Shown in pieces: positions 28,524-38,425 of a stretch of DNA of 64,000 nt. Source of the stretch: Candidatus Poribacteria bacterium (lineage in GTDB: Bacteria > Poribacteria > WGA-4E > PCPOR2b); NCBI GenBank assembly GCA_965215015.1, contig OZ244042.1, positions 3,584,001 through 3,648,000 on the forward strand, written 5' to 3'. The notes below the pieces were generated by a model, which was not told where the DNA came from, did no database searches, and was given only the letters and a program-made list of their open reading frames with translations. The position numbers and the translations under genes are program-made. How positions within the stretch are numbered: position 1 is the stretch's first letter; every line of letters begins with the position of its first letter.

Positions 28524-30128
28524 CTAAATTCCAGAATATTCGTATGGACCCAAATCCGCATCCTGACCCCGATGAAAATGCTTGCCCATCAGGTACTTGA
28601 CCTCCAACTCCACATCGCGGATATAGCTGTCAGAGATTATCTCCGGATCGCGTTTCAGCAGCGTGACTTCGAGCGTATTGTTGCCGTTTTGGGGCCAATG
28701 CGCTTCGTCCAGTCGGTAGATAAACCAGTAGCCCGATCCTGTGCGGTAGCGCGGCGCACTCATCCGGTACATCTCGTTGAGTTTACGTAGCAGTTCATCT
28801 GGCAGGTCTACCCCATTGAGGCGGAAACGGAGGCTATCAAGTTCTGTCGTGTTCATGATTCGCACACGGAGGAGGACTTCGTGGATGCGCCCAACCTGAT
28901 GCCAGCGTGGTAGGTCGTCACTAATCTTAAATTTCACCTCAGTAGGGCAGTTCACCGCTAATCCGGCCGGCAATGACATGGCGATACCTGGCTCCGTAGG
29001 GGGTTTCGGATAGCGTCCCGTCTCTGTGGGAACATAGTAGTATTTGTCCTTGGGTGCCATCACCTCCGGATGGGGCAACTCCCGAAGCTTTTCGTAGAAG
29101 TCCGCCTGATAGGGCCAGTTGCCGAACCAGTGCGCTAGGTAGAGCCCATCAACCCCCTGCGCCCAATAGTTACAGGCGGTGGCACGAACCATCTCAATGG
29201 TGGCTTCGCCCAAGCGATCAGAGTCTACATGGCTCTGAATAGCGGCATGGACCCTGCAGCTTGTTCCTTCGGCCGCTTCGACCAGTGGACGAAAATCAAC
29301 TGTCGAATCCACCAACTCCGGTCCCGAAAACGTCTGTCCGATAACGACATCTACGATGCCCTGCTGCATCCAATCGTGCACATCCATGCCCACCTGTAAA
29401 CAACCTTCGAGGCTTGCGGGGATACGAATCGCTAATTCGCGCCTTGCATCGCCTCCGTTCCGAGAGTCTCCAATCCCCTTGACAGCTTCATAGACCCGCC
29501 GAACCCATGCGGTCATGATCTCGCGCCCGGCTTCAACTTCGTCCGGATGAAAGTAATAGGGTGTGTAGTTGAGTTGCAATTCAAAGCCATCAATCGGATA
29601 GTTGTTTAAGGTCTCCAGTATGAGGGCGAATCTTTCCTCACGCACTTCCTCGTGTTTGAAGTCGAGGCAAGTGAGTCCGGGGAAATCAGCATCCAGATCC
29701 CCCCGTGCACCAATCTCCAAATGTGGGTTATCGAAACGGAAGTTAGAGCAGCGCACGTCTTGTTCTCGGGGCCCTCGTCCTTGTTGTACCAGAAGGGTCG
29801 GATAAATCAGCATCCCCTTCGCATGGGCGCGATCACAGACAATGCGTAACGGATCATTTCCCGACTCGATTAGGTGTTCGGCGTTTTGATGCGCTCGGCG
29901 AAAGATGGCATGGGGCCATTTTTCGACATTGTGTCCCCAGAGTTCACCAACCTTTGCGTCGTGCAGGACAGTGCGCCCATCCCCAAGGCAGAACATCAGC
30001 GCGTCCACGGGTGTGCCGACCAGCTCGTCGACCGCTGCCTCATACTCCTCTTTCTGCATCGGTGGTTCGTACATATAGATGAGCGGATGGCGTCCGTCGT
30101 GGTAAAACATGATGCGTGGTAGTGGCAT
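28524..30128 (-). CDS. Glycosyl hydrolase-like (GHL10-type) protein
   Basis: Paralog-like to 25403-27052: YHDG, LDF, YPIDGFEL and YWAQGVDGLY. Confidence 0.65.
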   Translation of the reverse strand: MPLPRIMFYHDGRHPLIYMYEPPMQKEEYEAAVDELVGTPVDALMFCLGDGRTVLHDAKVGELWGHNVEKWPHAIFRRAHQNAEHLIESGNDPLRIVCDRAHAKGMLIYPTLLVQQGRGPREQDVRCSNFRFDNPHLEIGARGDLDADFPGLTCLDFKHEEVREERFALILETLNNYPIDGFELQLNYTPYYFHPDEVEAGREIMTAWVRRVYEAVKGIGDSRNGGDARRELAIRIPASLEGCLQVGMDVHDWMQQGIVDVVIGQTFSGPELVDSTVDFRPLVEAAEGTSCRVHAAIQSHVDSDRLGEATIEMVRATACNYWAQGVDGLYLAHWFGNWPYQADFYEKLRELPHPEVMAPKDKYYYVPTETGRYPKPPTEPGIAMSLPAGLAVNCPTEVKFKISDDLPRWHQVGRIHEVLLRVRIMNTTELDSLRFRLNGVDLPDELLRKLNEMYRMSAPRYRTGSGYWFIYRLDEAHWPQNGNNTLEVTLLKRDPEIISDSYIRDVELEVKYLMGKHFHRGQDADLGPYEYSGI

Positions 30129-30198
30129 GATAATTTCCTTTCGAGTCTATGGGTATCAATTGAGGGTTAGCGGGAGTCAGACCAATTCAACAACATAG

Positions 30199-31245
30199 TC
30201 AGTCTGGAAACTGTGTCCCCTTTCGCGCTTTGGACATTACGCGGATTGTTTCACGCGTAGTCACCGGATCAACCGGTGGAAACCCACCGTTGCGAATGGC
30301 GTCATAAAGCTGGTCGTAGAACGATGGACCGGGAGGTGCCTTGGCTTCAACCTCCACTTTTTCAAATTCAATGTCATCGCCGCCTTCAACACCATATTTG
30401 CGATCAGCTGCGAGGGGTCTGTCAATCGCTTTGAGCGGTGCCAGGGCGTCTTTCACATAGTGCAGCACAGCGGTTCCCGCGCTTGTAACGGTCAGGGTAC
30501 CGCGTGTTCCCATGAGTGTCCACGAAGGTAGGGAAGCCACGCAGGCACTTGTGAGTTCCAGATCAATCACCCGACCATTTTCGCCCCGCATCACCACTTT
30601 CAGATGGTCTTCTGTATCGCCTGGCTGGAGAATTTGCTGAAGGTCTCCGAATACATCCACGATGGGCGATTCCATGAGGAGAACACACTGGTCGACGACG
30701 TGCACGCCATTATTATTAAGCAGTCCGCCTCCGTATTTCCGCAATGTCTGCCAGTCATTGCGCCGACGATAGCCGTAACCACCTGAACGGATGAAGAAGA
30801 CATGCCCTAAGCGTTCGTCCTTCAGCATCTGCTGGATAAAGACAAAGTCTTCACCCCAGCGACGACTCTGATGAACAGTCAGAACTTTGCCTGCATTCTC
30901 CGCGGCGGCAAGCATACGGTCTGCGTCTTCCAAAGCGGTTGCCATCGGCTTTTCAGTCAGGACGTGTCGCCCGGCTTCAAGTGCAGCAATCGAGTGGTTC
31001 GCGTGGTCTGCTGATGCGGTCGCAACGACGATGAGTTCAGCATCGCAGCCCTTTAGTAGGGAAGCCAGATTGTTGAACGGTTGCGCGGAGGTTTCTTTCT
31101 TTGCCTGTTGTTGACGGTCAGGGTCAGGATCGGCAACAGCAACTACATTAAAATCTTCGCGTTCCTGCATTGTGCGAACATGGATATTCCAGCCGGCGCG
31201 CCCTAGACCAATTACGGCAGCGCGAATCGGTGTAGATGAATTCAT
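30199..31245 (-). CDS. Gfo/Idh/MocA oxidoreductase
   Basis: AAVIGLG, HVLTEKP and GGGLL...GVH..D. Confidence 0.92.
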   Translation of the reverse strand: MNSSTPIRAAVIGLGRAGWNIHVRTMQEREDFNVVAVADPDPDRQQQAKKETSAQPFNNLASLLKGCDAELIVVATASADHANHSIAALEAGRHVLTEKPMATALEDADRMLAAAENAGKVLTVHQSRRWGEDFVFIQQMLKDERLGHVFFIRSGGYGYRRRNDWQTLRKYGGGLLNNNGVHVVDQCVLLMESPIVDVFGDLQQILQPGDTEDHLKVVMRGENGRVIDLELTSACVASLPSWTLMGTRGTLTVTSAGTAVLHYVKDALAPLKAIDRPLAADRKYGVEGGDDIEFEKVEVEAKAPPGPSFYDQLYDAIRNGGFPPVDPVTTRETIRVMSKARKGTQFPD

Positions 31246-31310
31246 CCGATGAGCCTTCCTTTGATTGGGTTATACGGATTGAGGTTATTAATTTTTCATT
31301 CTACCGGGAT

Positions 31311-31889
31311 TCAAAGCAATTGGCGTGGAAATAGTACAGGGTGAATTTGGTTCGCTCTAAGGGGCATTCCTGTTCCTCGTGGCCCTGATTTATGCCCATG
31401 ACGAAAATTTGACATTCGGCTCATTTCGGTAGATGCGCCGGGCGGTGTGGGCAAGTTGAACCGTGCCGTGATTACGGTACATGCGCTGCCACGTATCGGG
31501 ATTGATGTTCTGTGGAATAATTGCTTTGAGGTTTGGGTGACTCCTTGGCGCAACCAGCCACTGTGTGGCACCGTAGTAGGGATGCCGTATATGGCGATGT
31601 TTCCGTCGCACCACGGTTGCTGGCTAATCCAGGTGAGGGCGTCGTATCCGTCTTGAGCATCGTCAAAAAGCCGGTTGTCTATGCCGGGTGCGCCTTCGGA
31701 GCCGATGTGTCCGCGGGGTGATTGACTCACACAAATATACCCAGCACGCACAAATCGATTGACATCGATCCAGGAGTCAGTATCATATCCTCGTATGAGG
31801 AGGACAGGTGAACGGCCGAGGCTGGTCTTTGCGATTTTCGTCCGAAGTCTGACGCTGTCGCGCATGGGAACCATGATTTCTTGAATCAC
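31311..31889 (-). pseudogene. Frameshifted and truncated CocE/NonD hydrolase
   Basis: VPMRDSVRL...DGYDALTWI..QPWCDGNI, then a frame change at about 31580 to YYGATQWLVA...LKAIIP. The C-terminal part is absent. Confidence 0.8.
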
Positions 31890-31909
31890 GATTCACTCCT
31901 CCCCGAAGT

Positions 31910-32950
31910 TTATGGATGCAGCGCATACCGTTGTACCGCATCCTCGTCGAGTTCGATGCCCAGCCCCGGTTTGTCTGGAACCACTACGTATCCATTTTCG
32001 ACCAAAGGCTCGGCAAGCAGGCTGTGCTTGTGAACAAAGTTGCCACATAGGTCACTGCCCAAGGTGCAATTTGGGGCTGCGGCAGAAGCGTGGAGACGGA
32101 AGACATCAAAGATGCCCAGGTCAACATTGGAGGCTTGCCACACAGGAATGCCGGCGGCCTCCGCAATCCGTGCCATATCCAAAAATCCCCAATCCGAAGG
32201 TGCGACGTTAATCCCGTCTATAGCTTCCAGATATACCATTTCAATCACTTGCCGTGGATTCTGCAGATGGGGTGCAATGAGAATCGATGTCTCTTCCTTG
32301 AGCCGCCGATAATCTTCTATATTATCTTTGGGGATTGGATCTTCAAAGACGATATCATATGCTTCGATTTCGCTTGCCAACGCTAACGCCCCCTCGACGG
32401 TGTGAAATCGGTGACCGGGATCTAGGACAATCCGTAGTGAGGGCGCAGCTTCGTGCATAGCGTGCACCCGGTCTGCCACATTTCCGTCGTCTATGGTACA
32501 TTTTATCTTGATACCGTGGAAGCCCAATTCGGACGCTTGTTTCGCAGCGGCGGCAGACGCCTCCGGTCCCATCCGTCCGATCCAGTAATCGACGAGCACG
32601 CGATCTTGAAATTTGCCACCGAAAATACGATACAAAGGCAAACCAATTGCTTGACCGATCAGATCCAGCAGAGCAATATCGTATCCGCCGCCCCCTAAGC
32701 GGCGTGGCTCAAAGTCGAGCGGATTCGTCCCGATTAAATCTGGAGGCTGCTCCTCACGGTCACCGAAATAGGGTCCGCTCATACCGAGCCCGGTGATCCC
32801 TTCATCTGTGTGAATACGCAGCACATCCTGTCGTCTTTCTCCAAGTGGTGCGGGATAAGATTCGCTGAATTCCTCGTATTCGGGTGGTGGCAGGATTCCG
32901 GGGAGAAACGGCACACAGACAACGGTGCGTTCCAGCTGCGTGATTTTCAT
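31910..32950 (-). CDS. Mandelate racemase / muconate lactonizing enzyme family (enolase superfamily)
   Basis: DIALLDL.G...G.P....GG, KIK, FEDP and PGLGIELDE. Confidence 0.9.
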   Translation of the reverse strand: MKITQLERTVVCVPFLPGILPPPEYEEFSESYPAPLGERRQDVLRIHTDEGITGLGMSGPYFGDREEQPPDLIGTNPLDFEPRRLGGGGYDIALLDLIGQAIGLPLYRIFGGKFQDRVLVDYWIGRMGPEASAAAAKQASELGFHGIKIKCTIDDGNVADRVHAMHEAAPSLRIVLDPGHRFHTVEGALALASEIEAYDIVFEDPIPKDNIEDYRRLKEETSILIAPHLQNPRQVIEMVYLEAIDGINVAPSDWGFLDMARIAEAAGIPVWQASNVDLGIFDVFRLHASAAAPNCTLGSDLCGNFVHKHSLLAEPLVENGYVVVPDKPGLGIELDEDAVQRYALHP

Positions 32951-33064
32951 TTGCTTCTTTCCTTAGTTGATGGAAAAAAGTGAAAGTGACAAAATGTGAA
33001 GGGGCAAAAGTGAGCAGAGATTACTTCCTCCCCTCTCTTACCTGCTCCTCTACTACTTTTCCTC

Positions 33065-33967
33065 TTAGGCGTCCCAACGACTTGGATTGATTCCGGGTGC
33101 GTCGGTCGTCATTCCCTTCGGCTTATGTTCCAGTCCCCAAGTGCCTCCGGTGGTATTGAGGCTCTGCAAGAATGGCTTGGCTTGTTCCGGTGCAGCAGCG
33201 ACCAGTTCAGGATCCCATTCCTTCATCGGTTGAATCGGTCCTGCCCAAGCCGGTCGATAACCGAACTGAATCAACTCTCTGGGTGAGCTGTCCGTATTCG
33301 GGTGTGTGGCGTGGAAAAGGGTGCTTGGGATGACCACTGCCGATCCGGCTTTCATACACAAGGTGAGTTCTTCCGGATGGGACTTGTAGCGCACGTAAGG
33401 ACTTGCCTGTGCGTGAAAGGAGAGATGACTCCGTGGGATAAGTCGAAACGGTGCGCGTTTTGGGATAAGATCGTCAAGGTAGTAGAGAACTCGCAGCAAG
33501 CGTGGGGAGCTGCCTTCATAGTCGAAAATCGAGGAGCCGTGGGGCTGACCATCGGTATGCACCGAGATTCCGGGCGAGCCGGGATTTGTGCGCTGAAAGA
33601 AGCCGCGCGTGAATACGATGTCAGGCCCCATCAGTGCCGTGAGAAATTCGATCATCGGCGGATGCCCGATTAGCTCCGCTGTCGTGCGACTGAACCATTG
33701 CGGCTGTATGGACGCTGTGGTTTGGTACTCACTATAGGGTTTTGGGACCATGGGAGCGTCGGCGAGGTCCGCTTTGAGCTTCGCGATAAGTTCTGGGTCT
33801 AACATATCGGGCAGCACAACATAGCCCTCCACCTCAAAATGGCGGATTCGTTGTGCCATAGTGAATGAACTGAAGTCTGTCTCGTCAATGTTCATGAAGT
33901 CAATGACTTCGTTGGAATCAATTTTGGGAATAGTGGTTTCTTGTTCAGGGATAGTGGCTGCTTGCAT
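33065..33967 (-). CDS. Phytanoyl-CoA dioxygenase (PhyH) family protein
   Basis: EGYVVL, HTD, YLDD, IPRSH and FH...PN...R. Confidence 0.9.
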   Translation of the reverse strand: MQAATIPEQETTIPKIDSNEVIDFMNIDETDFSSFTMAQRIRHFEVEGYVVLPDMLDPELIAKLKADLADAPMVPKPYSEYQTTASIQPQWFSRTTAELIGHPPMIEFLTALMGPDIVFTRGFFQRTNPGSPGISVHTDGQPHGSSIFDYEGSSPRLLRVLYYLDDLIPKRAPFRLIPRSHLSFHAQASPYVRYKSHPEELTLCMKAGSAVVIPSTLFHATHPNTDSSPRELIQFGYRPAWAGPIQPMKEWDPELVAAAPEQAKPFLQSLNTTGGTWGLEHKPKGMTTDAPGINPSRWDA

Positions 33968-34250
33968 GGATTCCTCCTGTCTTTTGATCTCAAGAGCTTA
34001 TTGGTTCATTATTTAACGGAAAGGCGAGAAAAGGCGAGAAGCAAAGGGAAAAACGGGATGAAATTAACCGCCGATTACGAATCCCGATTTATCGGGGGAA
34101 AAAACATAAAAATTCTGTGCCCTCTGTACCCCTGCGGTAAAAAGCATCTTGTTTTCCCATTAATTGTGTTATGGTGTCATGGCGTTTTATCGGAACCTTG
34201 TAAATCGGAACGTTCTGGGAACGTCTGATAAATGTTCGGTTGAAAGTCGG

Positions 34251-35084
34251 TTATGACCAAACAAAAATCTCCTCATCGTCCGGGGACATAGCAAAGAAAA
34301 TTGCCAATACAGCCCGCGGTCGATCGCCTACAACAAAAGGCACTTCGTGAATGTTTTCGGAATAGAAAAAGTAGAGATCGCCCGGCTCTAGCTGGACCTG
34401 CGTACGGGCGATAGCGTGTTCGGCGACGTATTCCCGGAAAGTGCCGTTATCGCGAGCCTCCTGCACGGCGTCCGACCAGGTACAGTTGTAGAGAAAGGGT
34501 TCGCCGCTCTCACCCGCATCGTTAGAGTTTTGGAAGCAGAGCACGCCGGCGAATTGATGTTGGAATCGAGAAACCGCGTAAGTGAATAACTTCGATCGCT
34601 TGGCTACGGAATCATAATGGGGCCCGTGTCCCAACCCGTCGTGATAGATACGGAAGATGGCGGGCCCATAGAGGCTACCATCCGATTCTCGCGCTGTCAT
34701 TACTTTCTTATCCGGTGCGAGCTGAGATAGGGTTTCGTACATGGTTTTCACCGGGTCGTCGTACCCGTTGAACAAGGTTTTGAAGAGTTCATGTGTCCCG
34801 GCGGAGTGGGCAAAGAACTGCTCGCGATCCGCGTTATAGCGTCCCAAGCTGGTGCCGATGTCGACACGGTGGGGTTTTCCTTCTCCGACTTTGTGCGGGT
34901 CGTACATCAACCCGCGCTCATAGAATCGCTCTATAAGTCCCGCACAGTGGTTGGGATTGTAAGCTTGTCGCAGGAGGACAGCTGGCATCTCACCGGCTGC
35001 AAGTGCCATGAGCGGTTGCGGATATCTTTTCAGTATATCTGTTAAGTTGCCCTCGATGGGCGTCCATAGCTGGGTTTCTGTCAT
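34251..35084 (-). CDS. 2OG-Fe(II) oxygenase superfamily protein
   Basis: HYD...PGDLYFF...IHEV...R facial-triad pattern. Start moved to MTETQ. Confidence 0.75.
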   Translation of the reverse strand: MTETQLWTPIEGNLTDILKRYPQPLMALAAGEMPAVLLRQAYNPNHCAGLIERFYERGLMYDPHKVGEGKPHRVDIGTSLGRYNADREQFFAHSAGTHELFKTLFNGYDDPVKTMYETLSQLAPDKKVMTARESDGSLYGPAIFRIYHDGLGHGPHYDSVAKRSKLFTYAVSRFQHQFAGVLCFQNSNDAGESGEPFLYNCTWSDAVQEARDNGTFREYVAEHAIARTQVQLEPGDLYFFYSENIHEVPFVVGDRPRAVLAIFFAMSPDDEEIFVWS

Positions 35085-35256
35085 GATTGGGTTATCCCTC
35101 CAACGGATGGTAAATAAAGTAGCCACTAAGAAACGTCAATTTTGCTTCAACCCCTCCTTTGGGAGTTGATAATTAACGCAACATTCAAATGTACAAGGTG
35201 CACCAATATTTCTTTTAATAGGAGTGGGTTCTTATCCACCATTTCATAGCACAAGG

Positions 35257-37077
35257 TCAAAATACCCCATCAATGCTCAAAAGTGCAACTGTGCCGACGA
35301 CCTGTAGAAAGCCTGTCGCATATAGGATGTTTGTTTCGTCGATATAGGTGTACTCGTTAAAGCCGTAAGAGTGAGCTACCATAAACTGGAGTTGAAATGC
35401 CCTGCTGAGGTCATAGCGCATCCCCCCGCCCCAGCTAGAAATCCGCACTCTGAAATCTAAAATTCGATTGTTGTTTGGATCGAGTGCCTCGTTGATGAAA
35501 TCGTCTCGGACCACATTGAGATAAGCAAACACTCCAGCCTCCCGATAGCGGTAGGGGTTATGATTCTGAATCAGCGTAAAATCGATTTGAATCTGGTTTT
35601 CCCATGACGTTTCGGTGGTTTCATCGTCTTGATTGAACGCGCCCCGGAAGTCCTCGAAATCGGGTGTTCGGAAAAAGCTGGTATCGGTCAATCTCAGATA
35701 GGTAAGATTGTTAGAAATTGCGAATCGCAGGTTTTCATTTGCGTCGTAGGTCAAAGAAACTTCCGCCCCGATCTGATTCCATTGAATCCGTTCATCAAAG
35801 TCGGCTTGCGTTCCAAGATTGGAATCCAGGTCATCCTGATTGTCTATCTCAATATCTTCAGCGTCGTAAATGTATCGTAACTTCGCCTCGGTTTGAAACG
35901 CAGAGGATATCAGTGGAGATGTGGGGCCAAACACCTTAAACTTCAAGGTTTCGCTGTCAACGAAGTAGAGATTGCCCGTATAATCGATGGCTTTGAGATT
36001 CAGGTGCGCTTGCCCTTCGTTTTCGCGTTGGAAGCGAATCAAGATCTTCTCGGCATATTCCCCATCGGCGTAAAATTGCTGAACTCGTCGTAAACGGGTA
36101 CGAAAGATGCGGTAGGGAACGTGCCCGAACTGAAATGGATGGTATCGTTGTCTGGGTAAATCGGAGGCGTAATCCTTTTTATACTTAGCTTGATCTGCGA
36201 CAAGAACCGTGCCGTCCTCTAGCGCAATGAGGTGAAAAGGCGATATAAACTGCCCGGCACGATCGCCGTACTCGCCAAATGAAAGTAAAAATTGTCCGTC
36301 GCGGTCATATTTCAGGACACGATGTGCCTCTTTATCTACGATGTAAAGGTTTCCCTCACGATCGACAGTCATATCTGCAGCTTTGCTCAGTTGCCCTGCA
36401 CTGGGTTGGGATGTGGTAAAGGTCCCCACAGGGTTGCCATCTGCGTCTAGTTTATAAACATGGCCGTCATCGAAGATGTAGATGTGCCCCTCGTCATCGA
36501 CCGTCAACAGGAGCGACCTCTGCGTATCCCCCTGTGGGATGATGAGTGCGTAGTTTCCTTCAGCGTCAAGCGCAGGCGCAGCGGCTTCAAGGGTCCCGAT
36601 CCGTTTACTTAGATCTTGCAGCGGATGGCTTGCAACGAAGTTTCCTTCCGAATCGAATCGGTGGACACAAGGAGCGTAGTTAAAGATGCGTGGGGATTCC
36701 GTGCTGTCTGTCCCGATAGGACCGGGATTCACAGCAATTTCTACGGTAATCCAATCCACGACGTAAATTATTCCGTCTATCCCGACAGCGATATCCATCG
36801 GGTTACTAAAGAGAAACTTATCGGGGTCGGTTCCCCGAATCTCAAACAGGAAGCGTCCATCGGGATCAAGTTTTTGGATACGAAGGTTGTCGGTATCTGC
36901 GATATAAATCCCGCCATCCCGATCGAACGCGAAGGACGTTTTCTCTGCGAATTTGCCCTCGCCCTCACCCTTCCCTCCAAATTCTCGGATAAATTCAGCT
37001 TCCTTGTGTGCATCGGCGAAGGGATGTATGAGGAGACTGAAAATCAGTCCCCAAAATACCTTGCGAAATATTACCAA
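35257..37077 (-). CDS. Secreted NHL-repeat protein with a putative C-terminal outer-membrane beta-barrel
   Basis: Signal peptide; NHL repeats (IYIADTDNLRIQK, LYIVDKEAHRV, GQFISP); amphipathic beta-strands ending in Phe. Confidence 0.75.
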   Translation of the reverse strand: MVIFRKVFWGLIFSLLIHPFADAHKEAEFIREFGGKGEGEGKFAEKTSFAFDRDGGIYIADTDNLRIQKLDPDGRFLFEIRGTDPDKFLFSNPMDIAVGIDGIIYVVDWITVEIAVNPGPIGTDSTESPRIFNYAPCVHRFDSEGNFVASHPLQDLSKRIGTLEAAAPALDAEGNYALIIPQGDTQRSLLLTVDDEGHIYIFDDGHVYKLDADGNPVGTFTTSQPSAGQLSKAADMTVDREGNLYIVDKEAHRVLKYDRDGQFLLSFGEYGDRAGQFISPFHLIALEDGTVLVADQAKYKKDYASDLPRQRYHPFQFGHVPYRIFRTRLRRVQQFYADGEYAEKILIRFQRENEGQAHLNLKAIDYTGNLYFVDSETLKFKVFGPTSPLISSAFQTEAKLRYIYDAEDIEIDNQDDLDSNLGTQADFDERIQWNQIGAEVSLTYDANENLRFAISNNLTYLRLTDTSFFRTPDFEDFRGAFNQDDETTETSWENQIQIDFTLIQNHNPYRYREAGVFAYLNVVRDDFINEALDPNNNRILDFRVRISSWGGGMRYDLSRAFQLQFMVAHSYGFNEYTYIDETNILYATGFLQVVGTVALLSIDGVF

Positions 37078-37527
37078 CTACTCACCCCCACTCGTTCGTA
37101 GATTTGCTAGGCCAACCGTTTCGGTTCCCATGTCTTTGATTTTATCCAAAATCGCATTGATAAACTGCGGAGAATCTTCGGTACTATATTTCTTTGCCAG
37201 TTCAATGGCTTCATTGATTGAAACAGCGGGTGGAATATCGATGAGATAGAGCAATTCATAAGCCGTGCTCCGCAGGAGGCATCGGTCAACAACCGGCATA
37301 CGGTCGATTCTCCAATGGGTCGCTGCCGATCGAATTGCCGGATCAATCGTGGCGAGATGTTCCATTGTGCCCTCCGCTAGTAAGTTTGCGAAGTTTTTAA
37401 CGGTCCCCGGTGCGTCGTTTGCCTGCCAGAAACGTTCTTGGACGCAACGAATTGGATCTTTCGTAATTTCCGTCTGATATAGCATCTGAAGGGCAAGAAT
37501 CCGGGATTGTGTACGTCTGTTTCTCAC
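37078..37527 (-). CDS. nusB: Transcription antitermination factor NusB
   Basis: RRTQSRILALQMLYQ, WRIDRM..VDR and INEAIELAKKY...FINAILD. Confidence 0.96.
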   Translation of the reverse strand: MRNRRTQSRILALQMLYQTEITKDPIRCVQERFWQANDAPGTVKNFANLLAEGTMEHLATIDPAIRSAATHWRIDRMPVVDRCLLRSTAYELLYLIDIPPAVSINEAIELAKKYSTEDSPQFINAILDKIKDMGTETVGLANLRTSGGE

Positions 37528-37596
37528 AGTTATCCACCTGTGGGTGAATCAGTATGAATGCGGTCCGATAGGATTGGGATTCAAAGCAACTCGCTT

Positions 37597-37854
37597 TTAC
37601 CCACGAAACCTAATTGTAGCAGAGACATCGGGCATTGTCAATAGTATATCACCATCAAAAACTGCTCCTACCCCCCCAAGCCCCCCGCAAGCGGGAGGAG
37701 GGATGGCAAGAAGGGGGAGAGGCAAGTTCCTATCCGATATAAATTCCTTAAATTTAACATGGTCTTTGTAAACCCTGTATCCAACATAAGAGAGGGAAAG
37801 CACGGCAAAAATGCAAATCACAATAACATAAGGGGGCAAACGACGATTAAACAT
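37597..37854 (-). pseudogene. Short membrane-anchored ORF interrupted by a palindromic repeat
   Basis: AGGAGG RBS and an N-terminal TM segment, then repeat-derived PPPACGGLGG; probably truncated. Confidence 0.4.
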
Positions 37855-37905
37855 GACAATAACCTCCTACCCCCCAAGCCCCCCGCAAGCGGGGGGAGAG
37901 GCAAG
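37665..37905. repeat. Two copies of the ctcctaccccccaagccccccgcaagcggg...gagaggcaag element (37665-37726 and 37864-37905); a third at 39560-39598
   Basis: Direct sequence comparison. Confidence 0.85.
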
Positions 37906-38032
37906 GCCCTATGGCTGCTGTTGCACTCATTCTTTACATGAGCGAAACTCAAAAGCGAAACTCAAAATGGGTGTCATAGAATCAGGACAAGTTTTACCCT
38001 GTCCTGATTCAAAAACCACCTTGTGACGTGGG

Positions 38033-38296
38033 TTAACCCCCACAGTTCAGATTATAACACATCGAGTTCGTCGAAATCGGTTCGACACGTGTCCTATAGT
38101 CAATACCTGTCCCAACCCAGTCCCAGCTGAAGAATAAATGATTCCACTCTTCCGCTTCAACCTGTACCTTCCTCGTGATTACCCGCTCGTATTTGGTGTA
38201 GGTTCTTAGCTTTCCACAGTATGGGCAGGGCTTGTGCACCAGCCAAACAACCCCAGCAGTCCAAACAGAATTATCAGTTACTGGCTCAGTTGCCAC
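38033..38296 (-). CDS. Small Cys-containing hypothetical protein
   Basis: 87 aa with CPYC and CYNLNC; followed by a hairpin at about 37980-38010. The start is uncertain. Confidence 0.45.
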   Translation of the reverse strand: MATEPVTDNSVWTAGVVWLVHKPCPYCGKLRTYTKYERVITRKVQVEAEEWNHLFFSWDWVGTGIDYRTRVEPISTNSMCYNLNCGG

Positions 38297-38362
38297 CGCC
38301 CCGCCAAACGATAGGCGAGCGTATCACAAAAATGTTGGCGAAGTTAAAGGTAAACGAGGTAT

Positions 38363-38399
38363 AAAAAAAGGGGTATCCAAGAACCTCCAAGGATACCCC
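38363..38399 (-). terminator. Rho-independent terminator
   Basis: ggggtatcc/ggatacccc stem followed by a U-tract on the - strand, just after 38426-39463. Confidence 0.8.
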
Positions 38400-38425
38400 C
38401 AGTTTCGGTTTATCATGATTGCCCG

